A DNA stretch of 64,000 bases, taken from assembly GCA_038227875.1 (NCBI GenBank), contig JBBRPR010000004.1:96001-160000 (forward strand), in the 5' to 3' direction. Shown here one piece after another: positions 49,094-57,419 of the stretch (the first letter of the stretch is position 1; the number at the start of each line of letters is the position of its first letter). The notes below the pieces were generated by a model. The model saw only the letters and a list, made by a program, of their open reading frames with translations, did no database searches and had not been told where the DNA came from. A program made the position numbers and the translations under genes. The stretch is from Planctomycetota bacterium (lineage in GTDB: Bacteria; Planctomycetota; SZUA-567; H5-PLA8).

Positions 49094-50146
49094 TCAGACA
49101 GGGTCTATCGCGGCGATGACTTCGGACGACAGCACTTTGTGAATCGGCGTGGCATTCGGTTTTTCCAGCCGTTGCAAAACCAGATCGGCCGCCGCTTCAG
49201 CCACTTTCCGCCAGGGCGCGACGCAGAACGCGACCAAACCCTTGACCGTATTTTCGCGCGGTTGGTCTGCGAAGCAAATGGTCTCAAAGGTACGCCCACG
49301 TTTCGGCGTCATTCCGCGCGATGCTTCCAATGCGCCAAGCGCTTGTTTTTCGGAAAAACAGAGCAGGGCCGTGGGCGGTGACGACAGTTCGAACAACCGC
49401 TGCGTTACAAGCTTACTGCTGATTGGTTCGGCCCAGCTCAGGCACTGATAGTCCGGATTGACTTCCAGTTTCAGTTTGCGCAGCGCCGCGAGATAACCGT
49501 CGCGGCGGAGTTTCGAATTCGGCCATTCGTCCTGTTCGGTCTTTCTAAAACAGCCGAGATACCCGATGCGCCGGTGCCCTTTTTCATAGAGGAATTCGAC
49601 CGCTTTCTGCGCGCCGGCGACGTTGTCGATCTCCACGCCGTCGACGCCGTCGACGAACGAACCGAAATCGACGGTCACTCTGGGAGAATGCATCGCCGTA
49701 CCGTTGAGCGCCTCCGCACCAACCGGCCCGACCACCACAATCGCGCGCGGTTGCGTCATGTCGTCCTGGATCGAACTGGTGAAGATCAGCCCGATGCCCT
49801 TGGCAGCGAGGCGGGATTCGAGCACCGACAGAACCAACGCGTAGCCGGGAAAAATCGAGAGCGGGTCATTGAGATAAAACAAAAATTTGACCAGCCCGCG
49901 CGACTTCACCTTCTCCGTGACAAAGGTGCCGCCCGGCGGACGCTTTTCGATCAGCCCTTCGGCTTCGAGTTCCGAAAGCGCCTTGGAGATGGTGACGCGG
50001 CTGAGCTTGAATTCCTCCGAGAGCACCCGCTCCGTCGCCAGTTGCGACCCCGCCGGCCAACGGACCTGCTTCAACAGAATATCTTTGATCACCGCCTTGA
50101 ACTGCTTGTAGACAGGATCGCGCACGATCTTTGAGGAGGAATCCAT
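49094..50146 (-). CDS. GntR-HTH plus LacI/periplasmic-binding-fold regulator (AraR-like)
   Basis: PVYKQFK...WPAGSQLATERVLSEEFKLSRVTISKALSELEAEGLI, then DNVAGAQKAVEFLYEKGHRRIGYL and PPTALLC. Confidence 0.9.
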   Translation of the reverse strand: MDSSSKIVRDPVYKQFKAVIKDILLKQVRWPAGSQLATERVLSEEFKLSRVTISKALSELEAEGLIEKRPPGGTFVTEKVKSRGLVKFLFYLNDPLSIFPGYALVLSVLESRLAAKGIGLIFTSSIQDDMTQPRAIVVVGPVGAEALNGTAMHSPRVTVDFGSFVDGVDGVEIDNVAGAQKAVEFLYEKGHRRIGYLGCFRKTEQDEWPNSKLRRDGYLAALRKLKLEVNPDYQCLSWAEPISSKLVTQRLFELSSPPTALLCFSEKQALGALEASRGMTPKRGRTFETICFADQPRENTVKGLVAFCVAPWRKVAEAAADLVLQRLEKPNATPIHKVLSSEVIAAIDPV

Positions 50147-50154
50147 GAGCGCGA

Positions 50155-50183
50155 AGTATAGCGTGGGTAAATGGACTGTCCAT
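50155..50183 (-). promoter_or_regulatory. GntR promoter with autoregulatory palindrome
   Basis: ATGGACTGTCCAT at 50171-50183 over the -35 region; minus-strand TATACT at 50155-50160, 8 nt before the ATG. Confidence 0.55.
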
Positions 50184-50196
50184 ATTGGTGTAACAA

Positions 50197-51837
50197 TCAG
50201 CCAATCTGTTTTGGCAGTGCATCGAAGGCATGCTGGAGCGATTTCGCCTGACCGGGATTGACCATGGCGACGTAGGCAATCATGCCTTGGAGCCATGCTT
50301 CGAAGTGCGGCAGCTTTGCACGGTTCTGCGCGGCGAGTCCCTCTTTGCCGGCGCGATGAAGAATCGCGCGGAGTCGGCGGGCGAGTTTGCGCGGAACACC
50401 GGGGCGCCGGTTGACAACGATGCCCGTCACCATTTGCGCGGTGTTGGCGCGTTGAATGCGCGTCTTCTTTTCGTTGACGTCGAAGCCTTCGTGTTCGGCG
50501 ATGTGACGGATGCGTGCCAGGAGATAGCCGCTCTTTGCAGCCGCGTCGTGGCTGGCGGAAAATGTGAGATCATCGGCGTAGCGCGTGTAGGTCCAGCCGA
50601 GCTTTGTGGCGATGCCTTTCAAGCGGCGGTCCATCCGGCGCGACGCCAGATTGCTCAGCGCGGGGCTGGTACAGGCGCCCTGCGGCAGCACGCGCGGGCC
50701 GGTGGCGACGTGGTAGACGGTGCCGGCGTACGTCACGGATTTTCGAGGAGACTCCGTGCACAGCAGCGCGAAAATCGTGGCCACGGCCGGGGAGTATCCA
50801 AGCTTCTTGAAGATTCCGCGCACACGGCGGAACGAAACGGTAGGGAAGAAATCCTTCAGGTCCACGTTCACCACCACATTTTGGCCGACGTGCGGCGTCG
50901 CGTTGGTCAAGGTGTTGTGTCCGGGGGTAAATCCGTGTGCGCATTCGGGAATTTCAATGCGCTTGAGAATCTGATTGTAAATCCACTGCTGGCAGCGGGC
51001 GAGATCGCGGTGCGGTGCCGACAATTCGCGCGTCCCACCGCTCTTCTTGGGCACGGTGAAGGTGACGTAATGCGTGCGCGTTGCCGTCTCGGCATGAAAC
51101 GCCAGCCAGCGCAGCCGCTTGATGGACAACTCCAGTGCCTGCGCCACGTCCGCCGGAGTAGCCAGCAGCGGCAGATGAGCGGCGGTGAGCGCTTCGACGT
51201 TCGCGCGGCGATCGGCCAGGCCCTTCGACACGCCGCGTCCCAGGTAGATGATGTCGGTGGCCTTGCGCTGCGCCACGCCTTCGGCGTGTTTCAGTTTGCG
51301 AGCGGCAGCCTCCGCTTTTTTGCGCGCTCTCAGTTCCGCGCGCTCCTGCTCGTTTTGTTTCACAGCCTGCCGCGCCTGGGCTTCGGCATGGGCCAGGTCC
51401 GGCTTCAGGCGCGCCATTTCGTCGCCGATTTTGTGCGCTTCGAGAAGCTGTTCGGGCGTGATCAGTCCGGCGCCGACCATGCCGCGGTCGATGATCTCCG
51501 TACGCGGATCACTGGCCGGCGGAATGAGATCGCGGCGGCCGAACCACGGACTGGAGAAGCGCGAGGTGAGCGCCTTCGCGCGTTTGTTTAATTCATCGCG
51601 GCTCAGCGGCGCGAATTGAGCGAGGTTGAGATTGAGCGTGACCGGTTTGGGCTGCGGCCGGGGTGGCTGACCCGACGCGGGCGCCGCCGGTGCAGTCCGC
51701 GGGGAATTCTGTGGAGCGGGATTCGCGCGCGTTAAACTCGATGCGGTCTGCGGAGCAGGCGCCGCCGGTCCGGCGGGGCGTTCCGGCGCTTTAGCCGGGC
51801 CGAAAAGAAATTCGCGCAACCAATCCGCCAAACCCAT
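50197..51837 (-). CDS. Retron-type reverse transcriptase (Mx162/Mx65-like, long N-terminal extension)
   Basis: PKKSGGTRELSAP, region X NATPH (NAxxH), DLKDFFP, LPQGACTSPALSN, YTRYADDLTFS and region Y QMVTGIVVN. No maturase or endonuclease domain. Confidence 0.93.
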   Translation of the reverse strand: MGLADWLREFLFGPAKAPERPAGPAAPAPQTASSLTRANPAPQNSPRTAPAAPASGQPPRPQPKPVTLNLNLAQFAPLSRDELNKRAKALTSRFSSPWFGRRDLIPPASDPRTEIIDRGMVGAGLITPEQLLEAHKIGDEMARLKPDLAHAEAQARQAVKQNEQERAELRARKKAEAAARKLKHAEGVAQRKATDIIYLGRGVSKGLADRRANVEALTAAHLPLLATPADVAQALELSIKRLRWLAFHAETATRTHYVTFTVPKKSGGTRELSAPHRDLARCQQWIYNQILKRIEIPECAHGFTPGHNTLTNATPHVGQNVVVNVDLKDFFPTVSFRRVRGIFKKLGYSPAVATIFALLCTESPRKSVTYAGTVYHVATGPRVLPQGACTSPALSNLASRRMDRRLKGIATKLGWTYTRYADDLTFSASHDAAAKSGYLLARIRHIAEHEGFDVNEKKTRIQRANTAQMVTGIVVNRRPGVPRKLARRLRAILHRAGKEGLAAQNRAKLPHFEAWLQGMIAYVAMVNPGQAKSLQHAFDALPKQIG

Positions 51838-51871
51838 GAACCGTTCCTATAAATGGAGCGTGCAAAAAAAC

Positions 51872-52099
51872 CGGGCGGGAGCGGCGGCCTTCTGACTTCT
51901 TCCCTATGACCAAGGTCGTTCACCCAAGAGCCAGCGACCAGTGTCGCCGGGTAAACTCTCGGGTTGTTCATGGTCCCGGCGACACTGGTCGCTGGCTCAC
52001 CACGCACAACGGCCTTGGGGACGCATGTACAGGCCAAATGCAACCACGGCGGAACACCGTAGTAGAACTTGTCTCAGTCGGCACGCGCGCTCCCACCCG
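51872..52099 (-). ncRNA. Retron msr-msd non-coding RNA
   Basis: 12-nt terminal arms (52088-52099 and 51872-51883, one G-U pair), msr hairpin 52044-52062, perfect 24-bp msd stem (51928-51951 and 51975-51998), outer stem (51910-51920 and 52008-52018). Lies directly upstream of the RT. Confidence 0.85.
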
Positions 52100-52116
52100 A
52101 AGCAGCATTGAACTTC

Positions 52117-53817
52117 TTATTCACCTTTAAAGAGATATCCAAAGTCGTACCAACGGTCTGATTTCTCCGCAACTCCACTCTTGCCGCTGCGCCAGACCAA
52201 CGCGCGCAACGCCAGCAAATGACGGCATGGCCCCCTGCGGATGCCACCGCGCTGATGATGGATGCACAGGCATTTTCCCCGGCGGATGCGGCCGTCGGGG
52301 TCGATTAGCAATTCGATGGGCGTGCTTTCGGAATTGCCGATGTAAAGCTTGCCGCCGTTGGGCGCGTCCTGTGTGGACTCCAGTTTGACGCGGCCCCTGG
52401 CGATGATTTGACGCGAGGCGATCAGCTCGGGATTCTCCGGGCCCATCTGATCTTCGCCCAGCGCCATGGGCATGATCTGACGCCAGCGGTAGCGCGCGGC
52501 ATGCAGGTCGTAGATCAATTGCCCGGAGTGCGCGAGTTGATTTAACGCCGCAGCCGTTTCGGCAGGACTGGCCGGCACGGTGGCATTGATTTCCGCGAAC
52601 GTCGACGCCTTGGATTCACGAACGCAACGCGAGACGTCGTAGATCATCTGCCGCGGCACTTCCGCCGTCGGCGCGAGCAGATCCAGCGCGCTGCTGCTGG
52701 TCCAATCGTTGGCCGTCCAGCCGGAGAGGCCCAGTGTCAGGCGCATTTCGCCCATGTTGGCGACCCAGAAATGCGGCATTCCGGTGCCCAGCAGATAGAC
52801 ATCCAGGCTCTCGATCAGTGGCAGCAAGCGGGCGAGCACCAGCAGGCGGCGCGTGCCCCAGACGCGGATGGGTTCTCCGCCGGGTCCGTTGTAAACCACG
52901 CCGTGTGCGACAACCGGTTGCTCCCAGGGCTCCAGCACCAGGCGCGGCGCCTGCCCGGGAATCAGTTCAAAGCGCAGTGCCCGCGGGCTTGACCGTGCCT
53001 TGTGGCGCTTGAGCCAGGCGCAAATGGAATATAACACTTCGCGCGTGAGCGTGACTTTACGCATGGGCAAACCCATCGCGCTTTGAATCTGCATGAAGCC
53101 GCGCAGCCACGAAGGCGGCAGGTCGATTTTCTCTTCGCGGTAATCGGCATTGCCCGCGGTGGCGACGCTGAATCCGGCGGGATCGATGCGGAAGCGCGTT
53201 TCCCTGTAGGAGCGCAGGCCCTGGAAATGATTGTAGAGATCCCAGGAGTAATCGACGTTGGTGGTACCGAACTTTTCGCCCTCGGACTTTCCAAAGGCGT
53301 CGCGCTGCACGGTCAGGCAGCCGTAGCTGGATTCGTCGGCCGAGAAACATTCGAAGAACACCACGTCCGGCGCCACGGTGATCACCGGATCGCAGGGCAT
53401 CAACAGCCGCCACATTTCCTGATCGTTTTTGAGCAGGTAGTTGGAATACTTCAGGCGGGCGTCCCAGTAAAGCCGGCGCTGCCGTTCGAATTGCCGTTCG
53501 AAGTCAGCGGGGACGGGCTGGTCCCGTTGCTTCAGGATGTCCACTTTCGCGCGCTCGTATTCTTCGCGCTGAAGATTTGCCATCCGCTCCTGTTCGCGCT
53601 TTTTCCATTCGTCATACGCGCTCTTGTCGCGCGGCTTGAAGCGCAGGTCGTTGATCACTACGTCGTGAAGCGCGGAGACGGCTTCGCGGAACCGCAGGGG
53701 CTTCAGCAATTGCGCGTCGAAAGCAACAGGATCGCGGGCGAGATTGGGCGAGAGGCTGAGCACCTTGCCCTCGCCGCGCAGCGCGCTGCGTCCGAGGTAG
53801 GCGAATTTGACGTTCAT
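52117..53817 (-). CDS. Retron-associated winged-helix plus SWIM zinc-finger protein
   Basis: C-terminal CLC-x(12)-CRH SWIM motif and wHTH-like AAALNQLAHSGQLIYDL..ARYRWR. N-terminal DPVITV...FFECFSADESSYG. Confidence 0.85.
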   Translation of the reverse strand: MNVKFAYLGRSALRGEGKVLSLSPNLARDPVAFDAQLLKPLRFREAVSALHDVVINDLRFKPRDKSAYDEWKKREQERMANLQREEYERAKVDILKQRDQPVPADFERQFERQRRLYWDARLKYSNYLLKNDQEMWRLLMPCDPVITVAPDVVFFECFSADESSYGCLTVQRDAFGKSEGEKFGTTNVDYSWDLYNHFQGLRSYRETRFRIDPAGFSVATAGNADYREEKIDLPPSWLRGFMQIQSAMGLPMRKVTLTREVLYSICAWLKRHKARSSPRALRFELIPGQAPRLVLEPWEQPVVAHGVVYNGPGGEPIRVWGTRRLLVLARLLPLIESLDVYLLGTGMPHFWVANMGEMRLTLGLSGWTANDWTSSSALDLLAPTAEVPRQMIYDVSRCVRESKASTFAEINATVPASPAETAAALNQLAHSGQLIYDLHAARYRWRQIMPMALGEDQMGPENPELIASRQIIARGRVKLESTQDAPNGGKLYIGNSESTPIELLIDPDGRIRRGKCLCIHHQRGGIRRGPCRHLLALRALVWRSGKSGVAEKSDRWYDFGYLFKGE

Positions 53818-55601
53818 TTCTTCGCCTCCAGGGTTGCAGCTTCGAGTTGCAATTCCGGAACGAAGCGCTGGATGCTGCCGGCAATTTCCGGCCGTGCACC
53901 TGCTGCCGCAACCAACGCCGCCAGCCCCGCACGCGCTTCAGACGGACGCACAGAACGCACCGCCACGGCCAACACCGGAAGCAGGTCGACGGCGCGCTGC
54001 GGATTTTCCAGGATCGCCGCGCCGATCTGGCGCACGGCCTTGCCCTTCTGCCGTCCGCCGCGGTGCACACCCAGGAGCACCGCACACCAGACCGGAATCA
54101 GCACGTCGGCGCTGGTGCCCGGCAATTTCGAGCGGACTTCGAGCAGATCGACGAGTTTCAGGCGCACGTCGTCGTAGGGTGTTTCCACCATGCGCGCCCA
54201 GAGGCCCGCGTCGTCGAAAGCGGCGGCCGAATTCGGTGTTCCGGAGACGATCCACTGCCACGCCGCGCCGCGAATTTCGGGTTGCAGGCTGTCGAAGAAA
54301 CGGGAGATCAAATCGCGCACATAGACGTCGCGCCCGCCGAGAATTCCCAGCGCCCACTGGCCCAGCTCCGCGCCGATGGCGCCGCAGCGTGCGGCGGCAA
54401 CCGCGGCGATGGCTTCGCGGTCTTCCGGCGATTCGATGCGTTTGGCTTTCAGCAGCGTAAATCCCAATCGCGCGACGGGCGCGGCGCGTTCGCAGGTCAT
54501 TTCGATCGCCTGCGCCAGTTCCAGCCGCTCGGGCTGGACGAACTTTACAAAGCAGTCGGCGATGATCTGGAGCGCGCTGAGATTGCGCGTCTTCAACAGC
54601 CGCAGCCAGCCGCTCACGGGAAGTTTTTCGAGCCCCGCCGCCGTTTTCAGCAATTCCGCGCCGAAATGCTGGACCTCTTCGTCCTCGTGATCGAGCAGCT
54701 TCAACAAGTCCTCAGGCGAGGCGCCGTGCAGTGCGTCCTGATGCGTGGCGCGCAGCAGTTGGATACTCCAGACGCGCACCAGCCGCGCCTTTGCGTCGGT
54801 GACGAGATTCAGCAGCAGCGGCGCGCACTCGGTTTTGGACCACAGCTTGGGAAACGCGGGCGCGGCGGTGAGATCCGAAAGCCCGCGGTTCTCTTTCAAT
54901 TTGATCTGCGCGGCGCCGAAGAGCAACGCGTCATGGCGCATGAAACAGGCGTGCAGCAGCGACCATGAATCCAGGACGTTGGGCCCGCTCGCGAGGGACT
55001 CGTCGGTGTAGAGCGCCAGCGCGCGTGCAATCAGCGCCGGGTATTCGTTGGGTCGCTGGAAACCCGCGCGCCGGAAATACCGCCACGCGCGGCGACGGAG
55101 GTAATATCGGGTGCTGTAGGAGAACAGCATAAAGCCGTGGCGATTTCTCACCTTGCCGGGCACCGAGACAATGGCGCCGGTCTTGGGATTGCGCGCGGTT
55201 GTGGGCCGGTAGGCATTGCGGGGTGCATAGAGATGTTCGATCGGCACCGCGCGGCGCTCTTCGCGATTCCAGGCGTGGCGCGTGCGGAGGGACCGGCGGA
55301 CCAGCCCGTCGAATCCGGCGAGGAACACCGCCATCAATTCATCGTCTTTGCGCGCTTCGGCGTGCTTGAACAAGCGTTTGACCAGTGGCTGATGGCCGTT
55401 GCGGTCGAACGGCATCGCCGCGTAAGCCAGCATCTGCTGCCGCGCCCACGGTCGCGGGTCCTTCTTCCAGCGTTCGGCCAGACCGGCGAGTTTTTTGGAA
55501 TCGTTTACGTTCCGCAATTCGTCGACAAAGCGCGAATCTTCGGCGTTGAAATACTCATCCATCAGCAACGATGAGCCGGAATTCGCCGACGGAAGCGCCA
55601 T
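53814..55601 (-). CDS. Retron-associated HEAT/ARM-like helical repeat protein
   Basis: LLKLLDHEDEEVQHFG, FFDSLQPEIRGAAW and MVETPYDDVRLKL repeats. ATGA overlap with the SWIM gene. Confidence 0.8.
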   Translation of the reverse strand: MALPSANSGSSLLMDEYFNAEDSRFVDELRNVNDSKKLAGLAERWKKDPRPWARQQMLAYAAMPFDRNGHQPLVKRLFKHAEARKDDELMAVFLAGFDGLVRRSLRTRHAWNREERRAVPIEHLYAPRNAYRPTTARNPKTGAIVSVPGKVRNRHGFMLFSYSTRYYLRRRAWRYFRRAGFQRPNEYPALIARALALYTDESLASGPNVLDSWSLLHACFMRHDALLFGAAQIKLKENRGLSDLTAAPAFPKLWSKTECAPLLLNLVTDAKARLVRVWSIQLLRATHQDALHGASPEDLLKLLDHEDEEVQHFGAELLKTAAGLEKLPVSGWLRLLKTRNLSALQIIADCFVKFVQPERLELAQAIEMTCERAAPVARLGFTLLKAKRIESPEDREAIAAVAAARCGAIGAELGQWALGILGGRDVYVRDLISRFFDSLQPEIRGAAWQWIVSGTPNSAAAFDDAGLWARMVETPYDDVRLKLVDLLEVRSKLPGTSADVLIPVWCAVLLGVHRGGRQKGKAVRQIGAAILENPQRAVDLLPVLAVAVRSVRPSEARAGLAALVAAAGARPEIAGSIQRFVPELQLEAATLEAKK

Positions 55602-55754
55602 AAACTTTGCTCGCGAGAATAATTTTTTCGGATACGTGAATCACTCTTACTGGCTGGACCGTGCCTCGTCAATAATGGAATCGCGCCAATCGGCGTTGCG
55701 CTTTCCGCATTCCGGCGATTCGAATTTCTGCGCTGCTGCATTATCATCCCAACC

Positions 55755-57419
55755 ATGCCCCTTCACCGCTCGTGGCCTGCCTGGATTATGGCGGGGATTT
55801 TGTTTGCTTATGTTGTGTATCCCGTCGGCGCGATGCTCGGGCAAAGTCTCACGTTGCCGGTCAGTGAATACCGCGCCGACGAGATGGGTTGGAATCCAGA
55901 CCGGCAACCCTACGGCGCGCCGCTGCGGCGGCTGGCGGCGGAAAACAATGCGCTGGAGGCGCTCCGGCGTACGGCGGTGCTTGCGCTGGCGACTGTGCTG
56001 CTCGGCAGCGCGTGGGGCGGGGGACTGGCGCTGCTGTGGTGGCGGCGCGAATTTCCCGGCCGGCGTATTTTCGCGGCGCTGGGGTTTGCGCCGATTCTGC
56101 TCCCGCCGCTGGTGGGCACGATTGCGTTCTTCCGGCTGATTGGCGAAGGAGGCGCGCTCTGGCGACTGCTCGGCAGTGACGGGCGGCCGTTGTTGAGCGG
56201 CTTCGGGCAGGTGCTGATCGTTCATACGTATTCGTTCGGGATTTATGCGTACGCGTACGTCTCGGCGGCGCTGGAAGATCTCGACGTTTCTCAGGAAGAA
56301 GCGGCGCGGAGTCTCGGCGCGTCGGGGTTGCGTGTTTTTCTCACGTCCGTCTGGCCGACGATCCGCGCGCCGCTCCTGGCCAGCGCGTTCATCACGTTCA
56401 TGGCGGCGGCGGCGAGTTTCACTGCGCCGTATTTGCTCGACAACAGTCAGCGCTACCTCACCGTTGAGATTCTGAACAACGAAGGCGATCCGGGCATGCA
56501 ACGCGCGCTCAGCGTGGTGCTCGCCGCGCTGGCGTTGCTGGCGCTGCCGGCGTTTCTCTACATCAATGCGCGTGGAAAATTTGGCGACGATGTGGCGCTG
56601 AGCGTCAAGGGCGCGGCGCGGCGAGAGCTTCCGCCTGTGCATGGCGCCCGGGCGGCGCTGCACGTCGCGGTCTCGTGCGTCGCAGCGGTGATTCTCCTCG
56701 CTCCGCCGGTCACGGTGGTGATCAGCGCATTTGGCGCGCCGACGACGCCGCAGAATTCGTACACGTCGCTGCTGGGCGCGGTGGCGAGTTTGAACTTTGA
56801 CGACTGGAGTTCCATGGGGCGCAGTGCGCTCTATGCGCTCGCGGCGGCCGCGCTGGATATTGCCGTCGCGCTGGGTATCGCCTTGGCTTTACGCCGCAGC
56901 CGCGTGCTGCCGGCGACGCTGGTGGAATTTGCGGTGATGCTGGCCCTGGCGCTGCCGGGCAGCGCACTGGCGATCGCACTGCTCTCGGTTTTCAACGGAC
57001 GTTCGCTGCTGGCGTTTGGTGTGCCGCTGGGCGGCACGGGTGCGATCTTGATTCTCGCGTACTTCATCCGCGATCTGCCGCTGGCCGTGCGGCCCGTGCG
57101 CGCGGCGCTGAGTGCACTCGGCGCGAATCTGGAACATGCAGCGGCGGGCCTGGGCGCGGCGCCGATCAGCGTGCTCTGGCGCGTGACGCTGCCGCTGATG
57201 CTGCCGTCGGTGATTGCGGCGGCGCTGATTTGTTTTATTACCGGGCTGGGCGAATATGTGGCGTCAAAGTTACTGTATGGTCCGCTGACACAACCGGTCA
57301 GCCAGCGCATCGAAGAACTGTCCCGCAGCAGTCCGGCGTCCGGCTATGCTTTGGCGCTGTGGCTGATGCTCGGCAGCGCTGCGGTGATTGGGATTTCGCG
57401 GGTGGTTCGGAGGAGATGA
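55755..57419 (+). CDS. Iron(III)/thiamine-type ABC transporter permease (FbpB-like, duplicated TM domain)
   Basis: Two EAA loops (EEAARSLGAS and EHAAAGLGAA) and many TM segments. Confidence 0.9.
   Translation: MPLHRSWPAWIMAGILFAYVVYPVGAMLGQSLTLPVSEYRADEMGWNPDRQPYGAPLRRLAAENNALEALRRTAVLALATVLLGSAWGGGLALLWWRREFPGRRIFAALGFAPILLPPLVGTIAFFRLIGEGGALWRLLGSDGRPLLSGFGQVLIVHTYSFGIYAYAYVSAALEDLDVSQEEAARSLGASGLRVFLTSVWPTIRAPLLASAFITFMAAAASFTAPYLLDNSQRYLTVEILNNEGDPGMQRALSVVLAALALLALPAFLYINARGKFGDDVALSVKGAARRELPPVHGARAALHVAVSCVAAVILLAPPVTVVISAFGAPTTPQNSYTSLLGAVASLNFDDWSSMGRSALYALAAAALDIAVALGIALALRRSRVLPATLVEFAVMLALALPGSALAIALLSVFNGRSLLAFGVPLGGTGAILILAYFIRDLPLAVRPVRAALSALGANLEHAAAGLGAAPISVLWRVTLPLMLPSVIAAALICFITGLGEYVASKLLYGPLTQPVSQRIEELSRSSPASGYALALWLMLGSAAVIGISRVVRRR

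Noticed and set aside
50197..51837. RT as a group II intron, DGR or CRISPR-associated RT
   Set aside because: No maturase/HNH domain or intron domain V, no TR/VR repeat pair or avd gene, and no cas1 or array. Retron-specific motifs and ncRNA are present instead.
51928..51998. 24-bp hairpin as a simple terminator
   Set aside because: Large loop, no adjacent U-tract, and nested inside further stems and terminal arms; it fits msd.
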